In this document: in pieces, positions 40,828 through 49,399 of the stretch
Layout: each line of letters opens with the position of its first letter
Numbering within the stretch: the first letter of the stretch is position 1
Source: an uncultured Planctomycetota bacterium
GTDB lineage: Bacteria > Planctomycetota > Phycisphaerae > Tepidisphaerales > Tepidisphaeraceae
Assembly: GCA_963841915.1 (NCBI GenBank)
Contig: CAWJEN010000006.1
Coordinates: 1,536,001-1,600,000 of the forward strand
Direction of reading: 5' to 3'
DNA length: 64,000 nucleotides
The notes under the pieces: generated by a model
Told to the model about the DNA's origin: nothing
The model's input: the letters and a program-made list of their open reading frames with translations, nothing else
The model's database searches: none
Translations under genes and position numbers: made by a program

Positions 40828-41994
40828 TCACCGCCGACTCACGCCACGGCGGATGGCGTCTTTGCCGAGTTTGTCACGGATCTTGTCGAGCGTCTGATCG
40901 ACTCGCCGGTCGCGGCCATCAGTGCCGGAATCGAAGAGATCGAGCTGTGGGGCGGCAGGTGGATCACCCAGATCCCCCAGCGAAACGCCCAGAAGTCGCA
41001 GCGGGCGGAGCTCGCGGGTGGCCCAGGCGTCGAAGAGATCGCGGGCGGCGTGCCAGAGTTGCAGAGTCGCGTCAGTCGGCTTGTCGAGTGTCGAGCGGCG
41101 GGTGAAGGTGACGAACTCGCGATACGTGCCGCCGTGACGAAATTTGACGGTGACGCACCGCGACATGCGGCCCGTCCTGCGGAGGCGGCTAGCGACGTGC
41201 TCGACCTGACCCAGCAGGACGTCCCGCAAGACATCTGCGTCACCGATGTCCTGGCCGAATGTGTGCTCATTGCCGATGCCTTTGGCCTCGCGTTCGGGTA
41301 CGACAGGTCGATCGTCGAGGCCGAGCGCGAGTCGCCTGAGACCTTGCCGTTCGGCGAAGAACTCGTCGGGCATGGTCATCACGTCACCGACGGTTTTGAT
41401 GCCGAAGCGAGCGAGCTTCTTCTGGGCCGCCGGTCCGATGCCGGGAAGCGTGCCGATCGGCAGCGGGTCGAGGGTGGCGCGGACGGCGTGCGGCTCGATG
41501 ACCACGAGCGCGTCGGGTTTCCTCAAGTCGCTGCCGAGCTTGGCCAGAAACTTGTTCGTCGCTACGCCGACGCTGCAGTTGAGGTTGACGGTCTGGCGGA
41601 CACGTCGGCGGATATCGGTAGCGATGGTCGGGCCGTCGCCGAACAGGCGTGTGCTGCCGGTGACGTCGAGGTACGCCTCGTCAAGGCTGGCGGGTTGAAC
41701 AAGCGGCGTGTAGCTCCGCAGAATGGCGAAAACCGCATCGCTCACCTCGCGGTACTTGGCGAAGCTGCCGCGGACGATGCGGGCGTGCGGGCACAGGCGA
41801 AGCGCTTCGCCCGTGGGCATCGCGCTGCGACACCCGAAGACGCGTGCCTCGTAGCTGGCCGCCTGCACCACGCCTCTTGGCGGTCGACCGGCGACGAGCG
41901 TCGGCACGCCCCGCAGTGACGGATCGTCACGCTGCTCGACCGACGCGAAGAAGGCGTCCATGTCGACATGCAGCACCGTTCGCGGCCAAGTCAT
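40828..41994 (-). CDS. dinB: DNA polymerase IV
   Basis: HVDMDAFFASVE, ASYEAR..G, SLDEAYLD, NKFLAK..SD..KPD; C-terminal QLDLF beta-clamp motif. Confidence 0.93.
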   Translation of the reverse strand: MTWPRTVLHVDMDAFFASVEQRDDPSLRGVPTLVAGRPPRGVVQAASYEARVFGCRSAMPTGEALRLCPHARIVRGSFAKYREVSDAVFAILRSYTPLVQPASLDEAYLDVTGSTRLFGDGPTIATDIRRRVRQTVNLNCSVGVATNKFLAKLGSDLRKPDALVVIEPHAVRATLDPLPIGTLPGIGPAAQKKLARFGIKTVGDVMTMPDEFFAERQGLRRLALGLDDRPVVPEREAKGIGNEHTFGQDIGDADVLRDVLLGQVEHVASRLRRTGRMSRCVTVKFRHGGTYREFVTFTRRSTLDKPTDATLQLWHAARDLFDAWATRELRPLRLLGVSLGDLGDPPAAPQLDLFDSGTDGRDRRVDQTLDKIRDKLGKDAIRRGVSRR

Positions 41995-42743
41995 TCGTCC
42001 ACTTTGAAGCGGTCGCCGAGCTTGCGGATCGAGTCGGGCTCAGGGAACTGCTGATCGAGCAGGTTTGCTAAAGTTTCGGTTCGCTTTCGCTCGTCGGTCT
42101 CTTCGAGCAACGCCTGCTTCTCGTCAATGTCGTCGAGCAGGTCGAAGGCGAGTACATCGGCGAGCCTGGCGGTCGGCAGTGGTGAAGCAAAAAGCTTTTC
42201 GAGTTGGCCGGCGACAGGCGTGCCCAGGATTGGTGGGCGCCGGCACAGCCGCTGCATCCGCTCGCGGACGTCGCCAAGGTCGATCTCAAACGCCCGCCGG
42301 CTGCCGATAACTTGGAGGTCGGCTCGGCGGTACATGATGGGCTCGCCACCGTAGATGTCTTCGCCGACGTCGAGCTCACCTTCAATCTTGATGCGACAAA
42401 CGCCGCGGACGAGCACGTTGTATCTGCCGTCAGGAAGGCGTTGGTGGTCGACGACGGTGCCGACGCAGCCGTGTTGGAAGAGCGCGGGTCCGTCCTCCAT
42501 CGGGTCGACGCCTTCTCGGATGCGGCAGATGCCGATGAGTTTGCGGCCGTCGTACTCACCTTCGACGCTGTGCCGGGTCATTTGGCGGTAGCGACGCTCG
42601 AAGACGTGCAGCGGCAGGATCGCGCCGGGAAAAAGGACAACACCCGGCAGCGGGAAGAGTGGAACGGCATCAATGCGTTCGCCGTCGGCGTAGCCTTCGT
42701 CGTCGCGGTGTGCAGAGTCACCGTTGTCGCCGCTGGACGCCAT
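41991..42743 (-). CDS. LON peptidase substrate-binding domain protein (no ATPase or protease domain)
   Basis: PLFPL..VVLFPG..LPLHVFE.RY, GCVG, LPDGRYN, KQALLE. Confidence 0.88.
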   Translation of the reverse strand: MASSGDNGDSAHRDDEGYADGERIDAVPLFPLPGVVLFPGAILPLHVFERRYRQMTRHSVEGEYDGRKLIGICRIREGVDPMEDGPALFQHGCVGTVVDHQRLPDGRYNVLVRGVCRIKIEGELDVGEDIYGGEPIMYRRADLQVIGSRRAFEIDLGDVRERMQRLCRRPPILGTPVAGQLEKLFASPLPTARLADVLAFDLLDDIDEKQALLEETDERKRTETLANLLDQQFPEPDSIRKLGDRFKVDE

Positions 42744-42795
42744 GACACGAACGCTAGGGCCGCGACAGGCGGGTAGGTGTCTAAGCTGAGGTTGA

Positions 42796-43290
42796 ATGAT
42801 TTGTAACGTCCACCGACGACCCGCCGCGCATCGCTACGCCGTCATGGCGATGATGCTGTTCGCAACGGCCTGCACGGCCGACGTACCCGCACGCGAGCCG
42901 CCGATGGTTCAGGTCGAGGGCGTGCTGAGCGTGCCGGTCATGAAGGCGAGCGACCAGGCGAAGCTGGCCGAACACATGAACAAGAACGCCGTCGTGGTCG
43001 GTCGCATCGCCACCGCCGAGTGGAGCGCGAGCGGCAAGGTGATGATCGTGACCTTCGAAGGCGTCGACGAGAAGAAGTTCTCGATCGCGACATTCGAGCG
43101 GACGAAGAAAAGTTTCAACGACGCCTTCGGTGGCGACTTCAGGAACGCAGTCATCGGCAGCGACGTGCGACTCTCCGGTGAAATTCAGCCCTACGGCGGC
43201 TACGACAAAGACGAACCCGGCAACGAGGGACGGTTGCAGATGCTGCTCGTCAGCGCGCGGCAGGTCACGATCACGAAGCTCGCCGCGTGA
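42796..43290 (+). CDS. Putative lipoprotein with OB-fold-like domain
   Basis: Hydrophobic stretch plus TAC lipobox; VVVG.I...S.SGKV...F, G..V.LSG.I..Y pattern. Confidence 0.55.
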   Translation: MICNVHRRPAAHRYAVMAMMLFATACTADVPAREPPMVQVEGVLSVPVMKASDQAKLAEHMNKNAVVVGRIATAEWSASGKVMIVTFEGVDEKKFSIATFERTKKSFNDAFGGDFRNAVIGSDVRLSGEIQPYGGYDKDEPGNEGRLQMLLVSARQVTITKLAA

Positions 43291-43688
43291 GTGACCTCGA
43301 CCTCACGATCCGCCGAAGCAAACGGCTCGAGCGTCGCCTGCGGGACGGCCTGAACGCCACCGGTAAGGGGCTTCATGAGCTGACAAGCTCCGTGCAGAAG
43401 CGTCTGCCCCGCGAAACGGTCAAAAAGCTCAGGTTTGTTGCAAGTGTTCGCAACGCGATGGTGCATGATCTCGACGTGACGAAGCTCGACGACAAGCGCG
43501 GCTTCGTGCAGGCCTGCGACGCCATCGAACGCGAAATCGACACCATTGCCGGCCCCGGCAGGCGTGACTCGTGGCGGCTGACGCTGATCGCAGTGGCCGT
43601 GATCGCTCTGTTCATCATCGTCGGCATCGCCGTCGCCATCTTCATGATGAACGAGCGCGGCATCAGACTGGAGTGGTCGTTCGGCTAG
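43287..43688 (+). CDS. HEPN/DUF4145-like protein with C-terminal TM anchor
   Basis: GKGLHE...LP......LRF.A..RNAMVH (RX4H); C-terminal hydrophobic helix; GTGA coupling. Confidence 0.65.
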   Translation: MSDLDLTIRRSKRLERRLRDGLNATGKGLHELTSSVQKRLPRETVKKLRFVASVRNAMVHDLDVTKLDDKRGFVQACDAIEREIDTIAGPGRRDSWRLTLIAVAVIALFIIVGIAVAIFMMNERGIRLEWSFG

Positions 43689-43702
43689 ACGCAGCTACAA
43701 GA

Positions 43703-43727
43703 AAACCCGCAGGCAGAGCCTGCGGGC
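43703..43727. terminator. Intrinsic terminator (hairpin, U-tract on minus strand)
   Basis: aaaacccgcaggc-aga-gcctgcggg. Confidence 0.65.
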
Positions 43728-43756
43728 GTGTGCTTGTTAGCAACATGTCGCCCGAT

Positions 43757-44089
43757 TCACTTGACATCGACGAAGCTGGCGACGCTTCGCAGGTCGAGAG
43801 CGTGCTGGCTGGTCGACTTGATCTTGGCCTTTGCTCCGACAACGAGCTCGGGGTGGACCTTGCGGGTGTACTTCACGTAGATCCGGCCGCCGCGACGCTT
43901 GGGGCGGTCACTGTGGTTCTTCTCACGGGCAGCAATAGGAGCACGGAAGACCGGGTCACCCATGAACAAACGCTCGAGCGTTTTGCGGGCACCCTCACGG
44001 TTGATGCTCTTGGTGATCGTGACGTCGAACATCTCGCCCGGGCGGACGGTGGGAAGGGCGGCAGTCGATGAGGCGCTGGTGTCGGACAT
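43757..44089 (-). CDS. Small basic hypothetical protein
   Basis: 110 aa, GGAG SD-like sequence upstream, strong GC3 bias, own terminator. Confidence 0.7.
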   Translation of the reverse strand: MSDTSASSTAALPTVRPGEMFDVTITKSINREGARKTLERLFMGDPVFRAPIAAREKNHSDRPKRRGGRIYVKYTRKVHPELVVGAKAKIKSTSQHALDLRSVASFVDVK

Positions 44090-44132
44090 AGGTCGGCTCC
44101 GGGTGGCCGCCACACTAGGCGCGGCTACCTGC

Positions 44133-45548
44133 TCATGACAAGCTGGCCATCTTCGCTGCGACCTGGCGCATGTCGCCGACAAACTCCGCCCGTGCCCGCT
44201 CGCGATCGGCATCGCTCGGTATCCGCAGGATTGCCGACGGGTGGATCGTGGCCATGAACCAAGGCGCGTAGGTCGACTCCATCGGCTCGCCACGGCTCTT
44301 CGTGACGCGAAAGTCCCGGCCCATCAGCGCCTGGGCCGCCGTGCTGCCGAGGGCCACGAGCATCGGCGGCTTGATCGTTTCCAGCTCCGTCTCAAGCCAC
44401 GGCCTGCACGCGGCTATGTGCCGGGCCATGGGCTTTTGGTGCAAACGGAACTTGCCCTTGTCGATGAAGTGAAAGTGCTTGACCGTGTTCGTCACGTACA
44501 CCTGGTCGCGGTCGACGCCCGCCTCGTGCAGCATCTCGTCCATGAGCTGACCGGCCGGTCCGACGAAAGGCTTGCCGGCTCGATCTTCATTGTCACCCGG
44601 CTGCTCGCCCACGAAGACGCATCGTGCGTCGCTCGGCCCTTCGCCGAAGACCGCCTGCGTCGAGCCGTTGTCGCACAACTCGCAGCCGCGACACGTTTGC
44701 ACCGCCTCCCGCATCGAGCCGATCGTGTGGTCGGGCGGGATGAAGGCAGATGCACCCTTGGGTTTGCTCGCAGCCATGGCTGCCGTTCGAGCAATCATCG
44801 TGCCTGCCCGAGCGGGTGCTTCGCGGAGCAGGTCCGGAATGATCTGCGTCTCAGGCAGCGTCCGCCAATGCCGCACGTTCATCTCTGCCTTCATGGCCTT
44901 CACCTTCGGCCGGGCGGGGTTGAAAATGTTGGCGTAGTAGGTCCGCCAGACGTCTTCAAGCTCGTCGCTGTCCGGCGCTGCCGACGCCGGGACGCCGGGG
45001 CCGTAGGCGAGTTGCTTGCCGTTCCATGTGGCCGACGCGTCGGGCGTCAGGATGGTCCACCGCATCGAGCCGAACCGCTCGCGGAAGAAAGGCGTGCCGC
45101 GTCGAATGATGTGATGGTCGGGCCGATGGAAGGCGACGTAGTGCTCGCGCTCCTCCTCGACGATCTTCCGGAACCGCACGAACGCGTGCATCTTGTGTAC
45201 GTCGCGGCGGATCATGGAGCAGCGACGGTCAAGTTTGACCACATCTGCGTCAGCCGGGTTGCCCATCAGTGTCGGCTCGCTTCGCAACCGCCAGAGCATC
45301 GCATACAGGAAATGCCAGCGGTCATCCGCGCGAAAGTCGGCGGCGATCTCGGCCTGCTTCACGAATCGCGGCGGCACCTTGAACACGCCGGCCGGTGTCG
45401 CTTCCGGGGCTTCGTCGGCAAGGCCCGGCAGAAGCGACTCGCTGCCGTCGTCGAACGTGACGTCTTCGGGCGACACCTCGGCAAGCACCAACCGCCTCGC
45501 CGCCCTTCGCCAGGCGTCGAACGTGGGCTCGATGACGACACGCCGCAT
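44133..45548 (-). CDS. DUF4130 - UdgX-type uracil-DNA glycosylase-family fusion
   Basis: N-half HKMHAFVRF, YYANIFNPAR; C-half C..C 4Fe-4S, GEQPG, VKHF, GKFRLHQKP loop, HPSAILR. Confidence 0.85.
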   Translation of the reverse strand: MRRVVIEPTFDAWRRAARRLVLAEVSPEDVTFDDGSESLLPGLADEAPEATPAGVFKVPPRFVKQAEIAADFRADDRWHFLYAMLWRLRSEPTLMGNPADADVVKLDRRCSMIRRDVHKMHAFVRFRKIVEEEREHYVAFHRPDHHIIRRGTPFFRERFGSMRWTILTPDASATWNGKQLAYGPGVPASAAPDSDELEDVWRTYYANIFNPARPKVKAMKAEMNVRHWRTLPETQIIPDLLREAPARAGTMIARTAAMAASKPKGASAFIPPDHTIGSMREAVQTCRGCELCDNGSTQAVFGEGPSDARCVFVGEQPGDNEDRAGKPFVGPAGQLMDEMLHEAGVDRDQVYVTNTVKHFHFIDKGKFRLHQKPMARHIAACRPWLETELETIKPPMLVALGSTAAQALMGRDFRVTKSRGEPMESTYAPWFMATIHPSAILRIPSDADRERARAEFVGDMRQVAAKMASLS

Positions 45549-45577
45549 AAGTCGACTTTAGGATGTGCCACAACGCA

Positions 45578-46221
45578 TCATCGCCCGCCACGCAGCGACA
45601 GCATTGCCGCCACGAGTGCATCGGCATCGGTCGGTCGATCGTCCCGCTTGCGAACCCGATCCAGAAGCGTCTCGGCGTCGACGCGCTTCTCACCCAACGC
45701 TACGAGCGCGTCGACGGCGTCGGCTTCGCCGGGCGTGAGTGAGCCGATGGTCGACTGGGGTTTGGCGGGTGTCTGCTCGGTCGGCAGCGACAGGCCTGCG
45801 AAGCGGCCAACCTTGCCGGCGAGCTCGGCGATGATCGTTTCTGCCGCCCGTTTGCCGATCTGCGGGAGCTTGATAAGAGCCTTCGTGTCCTTGTTCTCGA
45901 TCGCGGCGGCCACGTCGGCGGGTGGGACGGCCAGCGCCGAAGCGCCTTGCGTGGGCCAATGCCTTTTACCGTAATGAAAGCGTTGAAAAAGCCTTTGTCC
46001 TCGACGCTGGCGAACCCGATCAGCCGCGGCGTCAGGTTCCCGCCCGACGCGTCACCTTCGAGGTAGAAGATCGTTTGCAACGTGATCTCCTGCCCAACCC
46101 GCTGCTCGAGCGACGGCACGTCACCGGCCGGGATGAGCACCTCGATCGCCAGCGGGCCGTGCGTGATCGTTACGCGATCTTCTATCACGGCATCCAACGT
46201 CCCTGTCAGGCGAGCGATCAC
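45578..46221 (-). CDS. ruvA: Holliday junction branch migration protein RuvA (one frameshift at ~45938)
   Basis: VIARLTG, L.GF, V.GIGP..AL, then LPQIGKRAAETIIAEL and DAVDALVALG in the next frame. Confidence 0.9.
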
Positions 46222-46260
46222 GCCGCAGCTTAGCGGGGGACGAGTCGCTAGCCTGTGGTC

Positions 46261-48213
46261 ATGGAGGACCAGTCTCAAACCTTGTTTAACCCGCCAGAGT
46301 CGTTCCAGCGGCAGGCCCGTGTGCAGTCGATGGAGGAGTACCGCCGCCAATGGCAGCGGTCGGTCGACGATCCGGAGGCCTTCTGGGCACAGGCGGCCGA
46401 TGAACTGCGGTGGTTCAAGAAGTGGGACAAGGTCCTGGAGTGGAACGAGCCTTACGCCGAGTGGTTCAAGGGCGGGCACATCAACGCAAGCGTCAACTGC
46501 CTAGACCGCATCGTCGACAGCGGTCGCGGCGAGAAAACTGCAATCCTTTGGGAAGGCGAGCCGGTCGAAGACGACAACCAAACCCCCGCCACGCCGCGTG
46601 AGGTTTCGCGGATCAGCTACCGCGACCTGCTGGCCGACGTGTGTCGCTTTGCTAACGCGCTCAAGGTGCAGGGTGTACAGCGGGGCGACATCGTCACGAT
46701 CTACATGCCGATGGTGCCCGAGGCCGTCGTTGCGATGCTGGCGTGTGCGAGAATCGGTGCGCCCCACAGCGTCATCTTCGGCGGCTTCAGTTCGGCCGCC
46801 ATTGCCGACCGCCTAGCCGACGCTAAGAGCAAATTCGTCGTCACCGCCGACGGTGGGTGGCGGCGCGGCAAAATCATCCCGCTCAAGGCCAATGTCGACG
46901 AAGCCGTTCGGCAAAGCGAGGGCGTCGAGAAGGTCATCGTCCTCAAGCGGTGCGATAATGACGTGACGATGGGCGAACGCGACGTCTGGTGGCACGACGC
47001 CGTCGCCGACATGACTGACCGGTGCGAGCCGGCGTCGATGGACGCTGAAGATCTGCTGTTCGTCCTCTACACCAGCGGTTCGACCGGCAAGCCCAAAGGC
47101 ATCCTGCACAGCACTGCCGGGTACCTGCTGCACACGTACCTCACGTGCAAGTACGTCTTCGACCTCAAGGACGAAGATGTCTACTGGTGCACGGCCGACG
47201 TCGGCTGGATCACCGGGCACAGCTACATCACCTATGGCCCGCTCGCAATGGGTGCGACCGTCCTGATGTACGAAGGTGCCCCAAACTTCCCAGACTTTTC
47301 GCGGTTCTGGCAGATGGTCGAGCGGCACCGCGTGACCGTCTTCTACACGGCACCCACTGCCATCCGCGCGTTCATGAAGGCCGGACGCAACCTGGTCGAC
47401 GCCAGTGACCTGTCGAGCCTGTCGCTCCTCGGCACCGTCGGCGAGCCCATCAACCCCGAGGCGTGGCGGTGGTACCACGAGGTCATCGGCGACGAGAAGT
47501 GCCCCATCGTCGACACCTGGTGGCAGACCGAAACCGGCGGCCACATGCTCAGCCCGCTGCCCGGTGCGACGCCGGCGAAGCCCGGCAGTGCAACGCTCCC
47601 CGTCTTCGGCATAGACGCCGCCGTCGTCGACCGCGACGGCAAGGAGGTCCCGCAGGGCGAGACCGGATTGCTCGTCATCCGCAAGCCCTGGCCTTCGATG
47701 CTCCGCGGCATCCTCGGCGACCCGGAGCGGTACGTGAAGACCTACTGGAGCGACGTCCCCGGCATGTACTTCAGCGGCGACGGCGCCCGCCGCGACGCCA
47801 ACGGCTACTTCGAAATCACCGGCCGCATGGACGATGTCCTCAACGTCAGCGGCCACCGCCTCGGCACCGCCGAAGTCGAAAGCGCATTGGTCGCCCACGA
47901 GTCCGTCGCCGAGGCGGCCGTGGTGGGCGTGCCGCACGAGGTGAAGGGCGAATCGGTCGCCGCCTTCGTGATCCTCCGCGAGGGCTTCGAGCCCGGCGAC
48001 GATCTCAAGGCCGCACTGCTCAAGCAGGTCGCCACCGAGATCGGCAGCTTCGCCCGCCCCGACAACCTCACCTTCGCCGACGGCCTGCCCAAGACTCGCT
48101 CGGGCAAGATCATGCGCCGCCTCCTCCGCGAAGTCGCCGCCGGCGGCGAGGTGAAGGGCGACGTCACGACGCTCGAGGACATGAACGTCGTCAGCAAACT
48201 CCGCGAGGGGTGA
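46261..48213 (+). CDS. acs: Acetyl-CoA synthetase
   Basis: [60 protein letters not shown]. Confidence 0.96.
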   Translation: MEDQSQTLFNPPESFQRQARVQSMEEYRRQWQRSVDDPEAFWAQAADELRWFKKWDKVLEWNEPYAEWFKGGHINASVNCLDRIVDSGRGEKTAILWEGEPVEDDNQTPATPREVSRISYRDLLADVCRFANALKVQGVQRGDIVTIYMPMVPEAVVAMLACARIGAPHSVIFGGFSSAAIADRLADAKSKFVVTADGGWRRGKIIPLKANVDEAVRQSEGVEKVIVLKRCDNDVTMGERDVWWHDAVADMTDRCEPASMDAEDLLFVLYTSGSTGKPKGILHSTAGYLLHTYLTCKYVFDLKDEDVYWCTADVGWITGHSYITYGPLAMGATVLMYEGAPNFPDFSRFWQMVERHRVTVFYTAPTAIRAFMKAGRNLVDASDLSSLSLLGTVGEPINPEAWRWYHEVIGDEKCPIVDTWWQTETGGHMLSPLPGATPAKPGSATLPVFGIDAAVVDRDGKEVPQGETGLLVIRKPWPSMLRGILGDPERYVKTYWSDVPGMYFSGDGARRDANGYFEITGRMDDVLNVSGHRLGTAEVESALVAHESVAEAAVVGVPHEVKGESVAAFVILREGFEPGDDLKAALLKQVATEIGSFARPDNLTFADGLPKTRSGKIMRRLLREVAAGGEVKGDVTTLEDMNVVSKLREG

Positions 48214-48377
48214 GCCCGACGGCGGGCACGACGGTCTGGCTGTCGGGCTTCAACGCCAACGTCAATGGGCAGACGGGCCCGGCCTGCCTGCCGATCTCGA
48301 CCAACCTGCCCGGCGGCGCCTCGACCGTCCGGACGGACGTCGCGGCCCCGGTGAAGGAACTCCGCATCGCGGCGTGA
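48210..48377 (+). pseudogene. C-terminal remnant resembling the 10076..10786 protein, ends KELRIAA
   Basis: GTTVWLSGFNANVNGQTGPACLP aligns by eye with GSGVWISACWLNRRLERGPAARP; followed by terminator. Confidence 0.55.
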
Positions 48378-48399
48378 TCGACGAGACGCGTTCCAGTTG

Positions 48400-48434
48400 A
48401 AGGCCGGGCCCGCGAGGGCCCGGCCTTGTCGTTT
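48400..48434 (+). terminator. Intrinsic terminator
   Basis: aaggccgggccc-gcga-gggcccggcctt followed by gtcgttt. Confidence 0.7.
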
Positions 48435-48481
48435 GCGGAAAGCATGCGTGCTTGCAGTCGCGCGTTGTGCTGAAGCACGAC

Positions 48482-48766
48482 CTACTTCGCTAGATCACGT
48501 CTGCCTACAGACGCCAAAACGTAGAGAACTGGGGCGAAGATGATCAGCATGCAAGCGCCCTGCCCATCAACGACGATGTGGGCGCACATCGCACCGATAG
48601 CTCCTAAGAATGACACCACCCAGATAGATGAGAGCGACTTACAAACGAAGCGGCCAACCAGTACCGCAAGCAACATCGAACCGAGTTGGCCGATGAGCGA
48701 CAGCGTGTCTGAATCGATTGGCATTGCCATCTTCGATATCTTTGTGTGCAGTCCGCGATTGATCAT
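48482..48766 (-). CDS. Small hydrophobic membrane protein, AT-richer than flanks
   Basis: Three hydrophobic segments; atypical composition. Confidence 0.4.
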   Translation of the reverse strand: MINRGLHTKISKMAMPIDSDTLSLIGQLGSMLLAVLVGRFVCKSLSSIWVVSFLGAIGAMCAHIVVDGQGACMLIIFAPVLYVLASVGRRDLAK

Positions 48767-48785
48767 GGACTAGCCAAGTAGGGTG

Positions 48786-48821
48786 GGTGCCACGGCATGA
48801 GAGAACGGTTGCCGTGGCACC
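48786..48821. repeat. GGTGCCAC-type hairpin
   Basis: ggtgccacggca...tgccgtggcacc, preceded by gtagggtgg. Confidence 0.65.
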
Positions 48822-48842
48822 ACGCCTTTCCGTTACGCCGCC

Positions 48843-49322
48843 TCACGACTTCCCGAACCCCGCCGCGTGGCGCCAGCGGGCGAGTTGGCCGAGGTGGTAC
48901 GCCTCGTGCGGGATCAGCATGAACGTCACGAAGTGCCCGGCCGACTTGGACATGCCCTCGATCGACTTCGGCGTCGCGGCGAAGTCGGCGTCGCTCGCCT
49001 CGCGGACGGCATCGACCAGGTCGGCGTGGACGTGGTCGAACATCGCGACGAGCTCGGCCTTGGGCGGGTAAATCGAGCGGTCGGCGGTCGGGGTCGTGTC
49101 GGGGCCGGCGAAGGCCTTGTAGTCCATCATGCACATCGGCTCGCGGCCGAGGACGAAGCGGGCGTAGTCGAGGGCCCCGCACAGGTGGGCCAGCGTCCAG
49201 GCCGGGTGGTTCGGACAGCCGGCGGGCTGCTCGGCCCAGCGGTCGTCGGGCACGTCTTCGACAGCTTCGCGGACCCACTGGTGGGAGTCGGCGGACAGGT
49301 CGAGCAAGATGTCGCGGTTCAT
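48843..49322 (-). CDS. DinB/YfiT superfamily protein (putative thiol S-transferase)
   Basis: NHPAWTLAHL and HEAYHLGQL metal-binding histidines. Confidence 0.85.
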   Translation of the reverse strand: MNRDILLDLSADSHQWVREAVEDVPDDRWAEQPAGCPNHPAWTLAHLCGALDYARFVLGREPMCMMDYKAFAGPDTTPTADRSIYPPKAELVAMFDHVHADLVDAVREASDADFAATPKSIEGMSKSAGHFVTFMLIPHEAYHLGQLARWRHAAGFGKS

Positions 49323-49399
49323 GGGCGGCAGGATAATGTTCGGAAGATGGTAAAGCAATGGTGGCGTGAACGGCGGCCAGCGTCCGATACCATTCGATA

